Of a stretch of 62,686 nt of DNA, positions 38,642 to 47,697 are shown one piece after another. A program made the translations under genes and the position numbers. Each line of letters starts with the position of its first letter. Position 1 is the first letter of the stretch. Location: the sequence record DRR723986_11201, one strand, 5' to 3'. The notes beneath the pieces were generated by a model, which had not been told where the DNA came from, searched no databases, and worked only from the letters and a program-made list of their open reading frames with translations.

Positions 38642-39725
38642 AGGGCATAGGACTTACCGTCACCGGTAGCAGCTTACCGCGCACGTCTACCTGCAGTGCC
38701 GTCCCCGGCTCGCCCAGCTCGCGCTGCACATAGGCCATCGCAATGGGCCCGCCCACGGATGCACCGTAACAGGCAGAGCAGATCTCCCCGACCGGCGTAC
38801 CGGCGGCATCAAGAACTGCCTGGCCCTCTCGCACGGGGCGCTTGCCCTCGACGCTCAAACCGACCCGGCGCAGGGGCGGCTTGTCCTCGATCCGGGCAAA
38901 TATCGCGGCGGCACCCGGAAATCCACCGGGGCGTTCACCGTCCGGTCTGCGAACCTTGCTGATCGACCACAGCAGGCCCGCCTGGACCGGATCAATCGTC
39001 GTCGACAGCTCGTGGCCGTACAGACACAGGCCGGCCTCCAGGCGCAGCGAGTCACGGGCACCGAGACCGATCGGCGCAACTGCCTCGAAATCCAGTAATT
39101 GACGAGCCAGCGCTTCGGCCGCCTGCGCCGGCACCGATATTTCGAAGCCGTCCTCACCGGTGTAGCCTGAGCAGGTGATGTAGACCGCCTCCCCGGCCAG
39201 CTCCGCCGCACAGCCAGTCATAAAGACCAGTTCCGCCGCCGCTGGGCACAGGGCGCGCATGACCTCGCGCGCGCCCGGACCCTGCAGGGCCAACAAGGCC
39301 TGTTTCTCCAGCACGGCGAGTGTCTGGCCCTGCAGTGCAGCCCGCAGGTGGGCAATATCAGCCGCCTTGCAGGCTGCATTGACCACCAGAAAGAAGCGGT
39401 CTTCGCCCCAGCGCGTGATAATAAGATCATCGAGTACGCCGCCGGCCTCATTGGTAAACAGGGCGTAGGTCTGGCCATCGACCGCAAGGCCCGCCACATC
39501 CGCCGGCACCAGCGATTCCAGAATGGCCGCGGCATCCGGCCCCTCGATAATCACCTGGCCCATATGGGACACATCAAACAGGCCGGCCTCGGCACGCGTA
39601 TGCAGGTGCTCCTTGATAATACCCGTGGGATACTGGACCGGCATGTCGTAACCGGCGAAGGGCACCATTTTGGCTCCAAGTTCGCGGTGCAGGGCATCGA
39701 GCGGGGTAGTCAATAGGGTCGTCAT
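38613..39725 (-). CDS. gcvT: Glycine cleavage system aminomethyltransferase T
   Basis: MVPFAGYDMPVQY, GLFDVSHMGQ, GYTGEDGFEI, GLGARDSLRLEAGLCLYG; start ATG 39725. Confidence 0.95.
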   Translation of the reverse strand: MTTLLTTPLDALHRELGAKMVPFAGYDMPVQYPTGIIKEHLHTRAEAGLFDVSHMGQVIIEGPDAAAILESLVPADVAGLAVDGQTYALFTNEAGGVLDDLIITRWGEDRFFLVVNAACKAADIAHLRAALQGQTLAVLEKQALLALQGPGAREVMRALCPAAAELVFMTGCAAELAGEAVYITCSGYTGEDGFEISVPAQAAEALARQLLDFEAVAPIGLGARDSLRLEAGLCLYGHELSTTIDPVQAGLLWSISKVRRPDGERPGGFPGAAAIFARIEDKPPLRRVGLSVEGKRPVREGQAVLDAAGTPVGEICSACYGASVGGPIAMAYVQRELGEPGTALQVDVRGKLLPVTVSPMPFSPQRYYRG

Positions 39726-39856
39726 GGCGTTGTTGTTACCTTGCGGGCCGGGGCAAGAGCGCAACTCTACCGAGCGCCCCCCAGCGGCGCAACAGCTGCG
39801 CTTGCGACGGCCGGCGACAGAGGGATAATGGCCGGCTGGACCAGGAGCGACACGAC

Positions 39857-40372
39857 ATGCCGACCCCTTCAAACCTGCCGACAACCATCAGCCTGATCGG
39901 TATGCCCGGTGCTGGCAAAAGCACGGTGGGGGTTATCCTGGCCAAACTTGCCGGGCTGGCCTTCGCCGATACTGACCTGGCCATCCAACTGCACGCCGGC
40001 AATACCCTGCAGGAAATCCTCGAGCGCGAGGGTTACCTGCACCTGCGAGAGCTTGAGGAAAGTATCCTGCTGTCGATCGACCTGTCCCATTCGGTGGTCT
40101 CAACCGGGGGCAGCGTGGTCTACAGCCCGGTGGTCATGCAGCGACTGCAGGCGGCAGGGCCGGTCGTCTATCTGCAGGCTGACCTCGACACCCTGGAGCA
40201 CCGGGTGGCCGCCGCTCCCCTGCGCGGCATAGCCAGCAGTCACGCCCAGAGCTATGCCGATGTCTACGCCGAGCGAACGCCGCTTTACCAGCGCTACGCC
40301 GACATCACCGTGGACGCCACCGCCGGCAGTGCCGATACGGTTGCCGAGCTGATTCGTCAGGCACTGGGTTGA
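39857..40372 (+). CDS. aroK: Shikimate kinase-like P-loop kinase (stand-alone)
   Basis: LIGMPGAGKST, DTD, STGGSVV, ERTPLY; not next to aroB. Confidence 0.8.
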   Translation: MPTPSNLPTTISLIGMPGAGKSTVGVILAKLAGLAFADTDLAIQLHAGNTLQEILEREGYLHLRELEESILLSIDLSHSVVSTGGSVVYSPVVMQRLQAAGPVVYLQADLDTLEHRVAAAPLRGIASSHAQSYADVYAERTPLYQRYADITVDATAGSADTVAELIRQALG

Positions 40373-40391
40373 CCTGCGGACAGCGCCGGAC

Positions 40392-40405
40392 GTGTCCGCG
40401 GACAC
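40392..40405. promoter_or_regulatory. Perfect 14-bp palindrome, candidate enhancer (UAS) for a sigma54 activator
   Basis: GTGTCCGCGGACAC, ~80-90 nt upstream of the predicted sigma54 start; extra half-site GCGGACA at 40376-40382. Confidence 0.5.
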
Positions 40406-40456
40406 CGCCACACGCTGAAAATCCCAGGTTTCAGGCAAAAAAGCGCGCAGCCCGGC

Positions 40457-40472
40457 TGGCACGGGTTTTGCT
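40457..40472 (+). promoter_or_regulatory. Sigma54 (RpoN) -24/-12 promoter
   Basis: TGGCAC-GGGTT-TTGCT, an exact match to the TGGCAC-N5-TTGCW consensus, in an intergenic region. Confidence 0.8.
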
Positions 40473-40482
40473 CCAGCATAGA

Positions 40483-40574
40483 TGGGGAGCCCGTCCCGGC
40501 GCGCAGCTCAGGGAAGAGCCAACGGCGCAGCGGCCCGCCGTGCTGCCAGGCCAGGGAAGCGGGCGGGCTCCCCA
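40483..40574 (+). ncRNA. Putative sigma54-dependent small RNA with AGGGAA motifs
   Basis: Starts at the predicted TSS; 14-bp closing stem TGGGGAGCCCGTCC/GGGCGGGCTCCCCA; internal hairpins GCTC-AGGGAA-GAGC and ACGGCG/CGCCGT; second AGGGAA at 40553. Confidence 0.6.
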
Positions 40575-40644
40575 CCCCCTCACCCGCGGTTTTTCTGGCG
40601 CAATGCGGCGCAGGTTTTTGGTACAAATCGTCATAAATTTTTAA

Positions 40645-40673
40645 TTGACTCCCCCACAGCGCTTAGCGATATT
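40645..40673 (+). promoter_or_regulatory. Candidate sigma70 promoter of the 73-aa protein gene
   Basis: TTGACT-N17-GATATT preceded by an AT-rich UP-like tract. Confidence 0.55.
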
Positions 40674-40713
40674 TGCCGCAGGATGACCTTGTTAAATCAT
40701 CGGAGGGTGATTT

Positions 40714-40935
40714 ATGGGTGAACGCAACCAGGAACCCGCAACATCGGACAGCATGGACGATATGTTCGAGCCGGTTCTGAGTGACATGATGGACGATGAC
40801 TTCGAGGAGCTAAGGCCGATTTCTACCGAGAAACAGCGCCTTGCGGAGAAGCGTCGTCGCGCTGAGCAGCGGCTTGAGGAAAAGCGCCTGCGAGACCAGC
40901 TCGGCTGTTACGACCTCGAGTTCGACGACTTCTGA
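40714..40935 (+). CDS. Small acidic/charged protein, PA3496-family-like
   Basis: GGAGG RBS; KRRRAEQRLEEKRLRDQLG.YD motif after an acidic N-terminus. Confidence 0.75.
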   Translation: MGERNQEPATSDSMDDMFEPVLSDMMDDDFEELRPISTEKQRLAEKRRRAEQRLEEKRLRDQLGCYDLEFDDF

Positions 40936-41108
40936 GTCTTTGCGCGGTCGAGGCCGCGCACTGCACTGACCACCGCCGCGGCCCGAGCCGGCCGCTGCGA
41001 CCCCGCTTCCCCTCATTTTCAGCCCCTGCCACACCCCACCGATAGCGCTTCAGAACGGTCAATTTCCGCGCTAGTATGAGGCTGTAACAACAACAGGGGG
41101 TCAGGCAC

Positions 41109-41315
41109 ATGCCAGAGATCAAGCGCGAGGTCAGGCCGGTAGAGGTCAACTACGTCTGTGACGCCTGCGGCCAGGGCATGATGACCCGCTCTGGAGAAAT
41201 GGATCCGAAAACCGGTGAGATCGAACACCGCTGCCTGATCTGTGACCACCAGCAGGTGTTCAAGTGGCGCGAATACCCGCGCATCGACCACATCGGCCTG
41301 GACGAAAAGATCTAA
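41109..41315 (+). CDS. Small zinc-ribbon protein, unknown function
   Basis: CDAC...CLIC pairs, AGGGGG RBS, host-like codon usage. Confidence 0.8.
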   Translation: MPEIKREVRPVEVNYVCDACGQGMMTRSGEMDPKTGEIEHRCLICDHQQVFKWREYPRIDHIGLDEKI

Positions 41316-41322
41316 GCCCGCA

Positions 41323-42171
41323 TCAGGCCGCTACAGCACCTTTCTGGCTGGTTTCGTACTGCCACTCGAATACATTGAGCTCGATGAAGATAAAGGCGAA
41401 CAGCCACAAGCTGGCGTCCCAGAAATCGAGGAAATCGCCGGCATAACCCCAGTAAGCAGCCGCCGCGAACAACAAGCCATAAAGGGCAAATTTAACGTAG
41501 CGGGTCAGTCCCATGATCCGCTCGGACAGGTTGCGCCGTAACTGCAGCCGTACTTCCAGTTCCAGTACGATAACCACCAGAATCCAGGCACCGGCGTTCA
41601 GCACATCGGTCCACGCCAGGTAGCGCACCGCCGAGAGGGTTTCGGCATCGGCGACGATGCGAAAGCTGGTGATCTGGTAGATCGGCCCGGAGGTCGCGGC
41701 GCAGTTGGCTGCGGTCAGGGTTTCGTATTCGTCGATGTCCATCAGCAATGACCAGCCGTGGTCCAGCTGGGCACAGAGTTCGATGCCGGGCAGCGCGTTT
41801 ACCGTATACAGCGTTGACAGCTCGGCATAGTAACCACTGAAGGCATAGTAAATAGCGACGTAACAGAGACCGCGCACGCCGTGCAGTGCCCAGCGCAGGG
41901 GGCCGTGAATCCGGCTGTCGTCCAGCACCGATGTCTCAAGCTCGAACAGCAGCAGCAGGATGACCCAGGCAGCCGTATCGATGGTGGCGGAGAAGACCTG
42001 GATCAGGTCGCCGGCGGGGATCCCGTCCGTGAACGTGTGCTGCAGGGCGAGCAGTTCCTCCTGCAGGAAAAAGTACACGTTAAGGCACAGCAGCAAATAG
42101 GTGAGGTACTTGACGACAGTGAAGACGCGGTAGCGGCTATCACTACCAAACCAGTTATTTGCATTGCTCAT
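41323..42171 (-). CDS. Hypothetical integral membrane protein
   Basis: ~6 hydrophobic helices with internally repeated AAWVILLLLFELE / AGAWILVVIVLELE / ASLWLFAFIFIELN motifs. Confidence 0.8.
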   Translation of the reverse strand: MSNANNWFGSDSRYRVFTVVKYLTYLLLCLNVYFFLQEELLALQHTFTDGIPAGDLIQVFSATIDTAAWVILLLLFELETSVLDDSRIHGPLRWALHGVRGLCYVAIYYAFSGYYAELSTLYTVNALPGIELCAQLDHGWSLLMDIDEYETLTAANCAATSGPIYQITSFRIVADAETLSAVRYLAWTDVLNAGAWILVVIVLELEVRLQLRRNLSERIMGLTRYVKFALYGLLFAAAAYWGYAGDFLDFWDASLWLFAFIFIELNVFEWQYETSQKGAVAA

Positions 42172-42184
42172 CCGCGGTGTCCTG

Positions 42185-43534
42185 TCAGACCTGTAACAGC
42201 AGGTGTTCCCGCTCCCATGAGCTGATGACCTGGTTGAATTCCTCGAACTCGTCGAGCTTTACTGCCGCGTAGGCGCGCAGGAACAGATCGCCAAACATAT
42301 CGCACAGCTCCGGCGTATCCCCGAGCTTGCGCAGGCCTTCTTCCAGGGTTCGCGCCACTTCCACATCCGCCTCGTTGGCGGTGCCCTGATGTGGCTCGGT
42401 GGGCTGCAGACCCTGCTCCATACCCAGCAGGCCGCTGGCCAGCGACGCTGCGAGCGCCAGGTAAGGGTTGGCGTCGGCGCCCGGGAAGCGATTCTCCACG
42501 CGCATTGCCTCGGGCGCGCTGTGCGGCACCCTGAACGCTGTCGTGCGGTTGTCGAATCCCCAGTTCAGGTTGATTGGAGCAGCAATCTCCGGCGCCAGTC
42601 GGCGATAGGAGTTGACGTTCGGCAGGTACAGGCTGATCAGCTCGGGGGTATAGCGCTGCAGTCCCGCGATATAGGCAAGAAAGGCATCGCTGGGATTGCC
42701 GCTGGCGTCGACGAAAATATTCTTGCCGGTTTCCAGGCTGAGCACACTCTGGTGGATATGCAGGGCACTGCCCGGCTCGCGCTGCATGGGCTTGGCCATA
42801 AAGGTCGCGTATATCCCGTGCTTATAGGCGGTCTCGCGCACGGTGCGCTTGAACACGAACACCTCGTCCGCCAGGCGCATGGGATCGCCATGCCGGAAAT
42901 TGATTTCCATCTGGGCGGCGCCGTTTTCATGGATCAGCGTGTCGACCTGGAGTTGCTGCGCATCGGCGTAGTCGTACATGTCTTCGACGAAGTCCTCGAA
43001 CTCCGCCACCGCATCGATGCTGTAGGACAGGCGCGCCGACTCGCGCCGACCGGAACGGCCCTTGGGAGGCATCAGTTCGTAATCCGGGTCGGTGTTCTTC
43101 GCTACCAGGTAAAACTCAACCTCCGGCGCAAGCACTGGCTGCAGCCCCGCGGCTTCATAGCGCTTGAGGATATTGCGCAGGACCGTGCGGCTGGCCAGCG
43201 GGTGCAGCTCACCATCCTGGGTATAACAGTCATGGATTATCTGGGCGGTAGGTTCACGGGCCCAGGGCACGACCCGCAGGGTGCTCACATCGGGCTTGAG
43301 GATCATATCGGTGTCGGTGGGCTCAACGAATTCCCAGTGATCCTCCGAGTACTCACCGGTCACCGTCTGCACCATGATGCTCTCGGGCAGCTTGGTTTCA
43401 CTCTCGTTGAGGAACTGGTGGGCGGGGATGAATTTCCCGCGAGCGTTGCCTGTCATATCCGGCACCAGGGCCTCCACTTCGGAGATCTGGTGCTCTTTCA
43501 GCCAATCGTTGATGGCTTTAATGTCGCTGTCCAT
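42185..43534 (-). CDS. puuA: Glutamine synthetase-like gamma-glutamylputrescine/polyamine synthetase
   Basis: DMTGNARGK, APEVEFYL, HENGAAQMEIN, FMAKP..PGSALHIHQS, RVENRFPGADANPYL, WEREHLLL; divergent from puuB. Confidence 0.88.
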   Translation of the reverse strand: MDSDIKAINDWLKEHQISEVEALVPDMTGNARGKFIPAHQFLNESETKLPESIMVQTVTGEYSEDHWEFVEPTDTDMILKPDVSTLRVVPWAREPTAQIIHDCYTQDGELHPLASRTVLRNILKRYEAAGLQPVLAPEVEFYLVAKNTDPDYELMPPKGRSGRRESARLSYSIDAVAEFEDFVEDMYDYADAQQLQVDTLIHENGAAQMEINFRHGDPMRLADEVFVFKRTVRETAYKHGIYATFMAKPMQREPGSALHIHQSVLSLETGKNIFVDASGNPSDAFLAYIAGLQRYTPELISLYLPNVNSYRRLAPEIAAPINLNWGFDNRTTAFRVPHSAPEAMRVENRFPGADANPYLALAASLASGLLGMEQGLQPTEPHQGTANEADVEVARTLEEGLRKLGDTPELCDMFGDLFLRAYAAVKLDEFEEFNQVISSWEREHLLLQV

Positions 43535-43649
43535 AAATGAGACCGGTTACCCAAAGCACCAAGTATCTCCCTGCGCGAAGTCCCCTACAAGGCCCGCTAA
43601 CCCTAACGTGTTATGCAGTTGATGGGGCCGCCTCGCGCATAATACGCCG

Positions 43650-44933
43650 ATGCAGAACAACCCCCATGTCGACTCCTGGTACGCCGCCAGCGCCAACCTG
43701 CAGCTGGCCTTCGAGCCCCTGCGCGGGGAAGCCAGCGCGGATGTGTGCATCATTGGCGGCGGCTATACCGGCCTGTCCAGCGCCATTCACCTGCGCAAAC
43801 TTGGCTACAGCGTCATCCTGCTGGAAGCCAACAAGATTGCCTGGGGGGCCTCCGGACGCAATGGCGGCCACGTGGGTACCGGCCAGCGCGCCGACCAGGA
43901 CCAGCTGGAGAAGTGGGTTGGTCTGGATCACGCCCGGGCCCTGTGGGACCTCGGACTCGAATCCGTGGATACGGTCTGCCAGCTGATTGCCGACTACGGG
44001 ATCGATTGCGAGCTGAAGCAGGGTAACCTGCACGTCGCCTCCAAGCCGAAAGACGCCGCCGGCCTCGAGGCGGAGGTCGAGCACCTGCAGCAGGTCTATG
44101 GCTACGATCAGCTGCGCTATGTCCCGCCGGCGGAACTGAAAGAGCTGACCTCGGGCCAGGGCTTTCATGGCGGCACCCTCGACAGCGGGGCCCGCCACCT
44201 GCATCCGCTGAACTATGCACTCGGTCTGGCCAGGGCTGCCGACCAGTTGGGCGCGCAACTGCACGAAGGCAGCCGGGTCCTGTCCTACAGCGAGTCAGAC
44301 CAGGTCGTGGTGCGCACCGATGCCGGTCAGGTGCGGGCGAAATACATGGTCCTGGCCTGTAACGGCTACCTGGAGAAGCTGGAACCGCGCACCGCCGGTC
44401 GCATCATGCCGATCAACAACTATATGCTGGCCACCGAACCCCTGCCGGAAGCCACCGCCCGGCGCCTGATCCGGGATGACAGCTCCATGTCCGACAGCCT
44501 GTTCGTCATCAACTACTGGAAACTGTCGGCAGATAATCGGCTCCTGTTTGGCGGCGGCGAATCCTACACTCGCCGCTTTCCCGCCGACATCAAGGGCTTC
44601 GTCCGCCGCTACATGCTGCGTATCTACCCTGAGCTGGCTGACACCCGAATTGACTACGGCTGGGGCGGCACCCTTGCCATCACCATGAACCGGATGCCGG
44701 ATTTCGGCCGCCTGGCCGGCAATGTGTTTTACGCCCACGGGTTCTCCGGTCACGGGGTGCCTACCGCGACCCTCGCCGGCAAGCTGCTGGCCGAGGCGAT
44801 CAACGGGACGGCAGAGCGTTTCGATGTCATGGCCGGCGTGCCATCGCACCAGTTCCCGGGCGGCACCTTGCTACGTTGGCCGGGGCTGGTCGCCGGTATG
44901 CTGTTTTACAGCCTGCGGGATCGGCTTGGATAA
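43650..44933 (+). CDS. puuB: FAD-dependent oxidoreductase, gamma-glutamylputrescine oxidase-like
   Basis: DSWYAAS, GGGYTG, GASGRNGG, HLHPLNY, GFSGHG, FPGG. Confidence 0.88.
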   Translation: MQNNPHVDSWYAASANLQLAFEPLRGEASADVCIIGGGYTGLSSAIHLRKLGYSVILLEANKIAWGASGRNGGHVGTGQRADQDQLEKWVGLDHARALWDLGLESVDTVCQLIADYGIDCELKQGNLHVASKPKDAAGLEAEVEHLQQVYGYDQLRYVPPAELKELTSGQGFHGGTLDSGARHLHPLNYALGLARAADQLGAQLHEGSRVLSYSESDQVVVRTDAGQVRAKYMVLACNGYLEKLEPRTAGRIMPINNYMLATEPLPEATARRLIRDDSSMSDSLFVINYWKLSADNRLLFGGGESYTRRFPADIKGFVRRYMLRIYPELADTRIDYGWGGTLAITMNRMPDFGRLAGNVFYAHGFSGHGVPTATLAGKLLAEAINGTAERFDVMAGVPSHQFPGGTLLRWPGLVAGMLFYSLRDRLG

Positions 44934-45160
44934 GGTTTCGCGACGGAAAATGCGGCTAATTTCTGCGATATTGGCGACTATTGGGACTAAAACCGCTGAT
45001 TTTACGCAAGCGTCACCGCCATAACGTAAATTTTACCACTATTTACTTTTCAACTTACGGCCCCCGCGCGGTACGGTTAGTTCAGCGGAGTCAAACCTAT
45101 AACAACGACACGCCCAGCCGTAACAAAATCAACGACAACAAAGAACCCAAGGTAGGTGTA

Positions 45161-47674
45161 ATGATGAAAGCCTTCACCCCCAAGACTATGGCACTGGCCA
45201 TTGCGGCACAGGTAGCACTGACCGCCGGCTACAGCCAGGTCGTGTCCGCACAGGATGAATCAGCACTGGAAGAGGTTGTGGTAACCGGTACTCGCCGGGA
45301 AGCTCGCTCCGTGTACGACTCCGCTGCCCCGATCGATGTGATCGGCGGCGAGGAATTCCGCAACCAGGGCGCCAGCGATATGACCACCCTGCTGCGCAAC
45401 TCGGTGCCCTCTTACAACGTGAACAACCAGCCGATCAGTGACGCGGCTACCGTGGTTCGGCCCGCCAACATGCGCGGCCTGGCCTCTGACCACACCCTGG
45501 TGCTGGTCAACTCAAAGCGTCGCCATCGCGCATCGGTCATTTCCTGGCTGGGTAACGGTGTGAATGACGGTGCCCAGGGCCCCGACATCTCCGTGATTCC
45601 TTCTATCGCGGTTAAGCAGGTGGAAGTACTGCGTGACGGCGCCGCCGCCCAGTACGGTTCCGACGCGATCGCCGGTATCGTCAACTTCATCCTCAAGGAT
45701 TACAGCGAAGGCGGCTCGATCGAAGCCAAATACGGCGAATACTCTGAGAACAGCTCGGAAACCCGCTGGTCAGTTGCCGGTAACATCGGCCTGCCCTTCA
45801 CCGCCAACGGTTTCGTCAACGCCAGCTTCGAATACGGCGAAGCGGACCCGACCAGCCGCAGCATCCAGCGCGACGACGCGGCTGGCCTGATCGCCGGTGG
45901 CAATACTGCTGTCGCCAATCCGGCGCAGGTCTGGGGTAACCCGGAAGTAGAAGAAGACATCAAGACCTTCTTCAATATGGGCCTGGCCCTGGATTCCACC
46001 AAGGAGTTCTACAGCTTCGGTAACTATGCGTCCAAGACGGTAACCGGCGGTTTCTACTTCCGGAACCCGGATACCCGCGGTGGCGTATTCAGCCCGGACG
46101 GTGGCGCTACCCGCCTGGTCGGCGATGAGACCTCCGACCTGTCCGGCAACTGCCCGACCAACCTCGCTGTAGGTGATGCCCAGGGCCTTGCAGACGTTAT
46201 CGCCGACCCGAACTGCTTTGTGTTTAACGAGAAGTTCCCCGGCGGCTTCACCCCGAGCTTCGGCGCCGACACCGAGGACATGTCTCTGGTGACTGGTGTG
46301 CGCGGCACGGCGGACAACGGCCTGGCCTGGGATATCAGCGGTGGCATCGGCTACAACGAGGCGGACTTCTTCATCGTCAACACGGTGAACGCCTCTCTGG
46401 GTTCACGCTCACCCACTGCCTTTGATCCGGGTTCCTACGCCCAGTTCGAAAAGAACTTCAACATCGACGTGAGCTACCCGGTTGCCGTGGGCTTCCTGGC
46501 TTCGGACCTGAACATCGCCGGTGGTTTCGAATGGCGTGACGAAGAGTTCGAAATCGGCATCGGCGACCAGGCATCCTGGGAAGTCGGCCCGCTGGCCGAC
46601 CAGGGCTTCTCCGCTGCTTCCAACGGCTTCCCGGGCTTTGGCCCGCTGGCTGAAGGTGAGTGGAGCCGCTCCAACGTCGCCATGTACGTCGATCTGGAAG
46701 CTGACATCACCGATAACTGGCTGGTAGCCGTTGCCTTCCGCTGGGAAGACTTCGACGACTTCGGCAGCACCACCAACGGCAAGATCGCAACGCACTTCGA
46801 GATCACCGATGGCCTCGCGGTTCGCGGTACCTACAGCACCGGCTTCCGGGCACCTACCCCCGGTCAGTCAAATGCGTTCAACGTGTCCACCGAGTTCAAC
46901 CTGAGCACGGGCGACCTCGAGAACAACGGTACCATTCCGTCGATCAGCCCGGTTGCACAGGAGTTCGGCGGCAAGCCGCTGGACCCCGAGGAATCCACCA
47001 ACTGGACCGCCGGTGTAATCGGCCAGTGGGGTGATTTCAGTGTCACCATCGACTACTTCAACATCGAGATCGAAGATCGTCTGGGCATCTCCCAGAACTT
47101 CGAGCTGACCGATGAGCAGCGTGATCGCCTGATCGCTGCCGGCGTAGCCGGTGCCGACAGCCTCGCGACCTTCCGCTTCTTCACCAACGGTGTTGAGACC
47201 AAGACCGAAGGCTTTGATGTGGTTGCCACCTATTCGCTGGACTCCAGCCTGGGTGTGACCACCTTCAACGCGGCGTACAACCAGACTGAAAACTCGGTTG
47301 AGAGCTTCACGCCCGGCATCATCGACGACACCCGTATCAAGGAGCTGGAAGAGGCCCTGCCGGAAACCCGGTACAACCTCATGGGTACTCACATGATGGA
47401 TAACTGGCGCTTCATGGCCCGTTACAGCTGGTACGACGACTGGTATGACTCGGAAGACACCCTGACCTATGACGGTTACGGTGTATTCGATGCGGAAGTG
47501 GGTTACACCTTCGACATGGGTCTGTCCTGGGTCATCGGTGCCGACAACCTGTTCGACGACGTTCCGGACGAAAACCCCAACGCCGCAGCCGGCGTGGGCA
47601 ACCAGTACAGCCAGTGGGCCCCGGCGGGCTTCAACGGCCGCTTCTGGTACACCCGCGTGATGTACGACTTCTAA
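45161..47674 (+). CDS. TonB-dependent receptor
   Basis: Signal peptide, LEEVVVTGTRR, EVLRDGAAAQYGSDAIAG, C-terminal YDF; strong codon bias. Confidence 0.95.
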   Translation: MMKAFTPKTMALAIAAQVALTAGYSQVVSAQDESALEEVVVTGTRREARSVYDSAAPIDVIGGEEFRNQGASDMTTLLRNSVPSYNVNNQPISDAATVVRPANMRGLASDHTLVLVNSKRRHRASVISWLGNGVNDGAQGPDISVIPSIAVKQVEVLRDGAAAQYGSDAIAGIVNFILKDYSEGGSIEAKYGEYSENSSETRWSVAGNIGLPFTANGFVNASFEYGEADPTSRSIQRDDAAGLIAGGNTAVANPAQVWGNPEVEEDIKTFFNMGLALDSTKEFYSFGNYASKTVTGGFYFRNPDTRGGVFSPDGGATRLVGDETSDLSGNCPTNLAVGDAQGLADVIADPNCFVFNEKFPGGFTPSFGADTEDMSLVTGVRGTADNGLAWDISGGIGYNEADFFIVNTVNASLGSRSPTAFDPGSYAQFEKNFNIDVSYPVAVGFLASDLNIAGGFEWRDEEFEIGIGDQASWEVGPLADQGFSAASNGFPGFGPLAEGEWSRSNVAMYVDLEADITDNWLVAVAFRWEDFDDFGSTTNGKIATHFEITDGLAVRGTYSTGFRAPTPGQSNAFNVSTEFNLSTGDLENNGTIPSISPVAQEFGGKPLDPEESTNWTAGVIGQWGDFSVTIDYFNIEIEDRLGISQNFELTDEQRDRLIAAGVAGADSLATFRFFTNGVETKTEGFDVVATYSLDSSLGVTTFNAAYNQTENSVESFTPGIIDDTRIKELEEALPETRYNLMGTHMMDNWRFMARYSWYDDWYDSEDTLTYDGYGVFDAEVGYTFDMGLSWVIGADNLFDDVPDENPNAAAGVGNQYSQWAPAGFNGRFWYTRVMYDF

Positions 47675-47697
47675 TCGCAGATCAGCGGTTCAGGAAT

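Noticed and set aside
39726-39856. Glycine riboswitch upstream of gcvT
   Set aside because: The spacer is short and shared with the divergent kinase; no GGAGA...CCGAAG...CTCTCAGG aptamer
40483-40577. SRP (4.5S) RNA or tRNA
   Set aside because: The closing stem is superficially similar, but the SRP helix-8 CAGG...GGAA...AGCAG core and the tRNA T-loop are absent
42389-43540. 383-aa plus-strand ORF
   Set aside because: Antisense shadow of puuA
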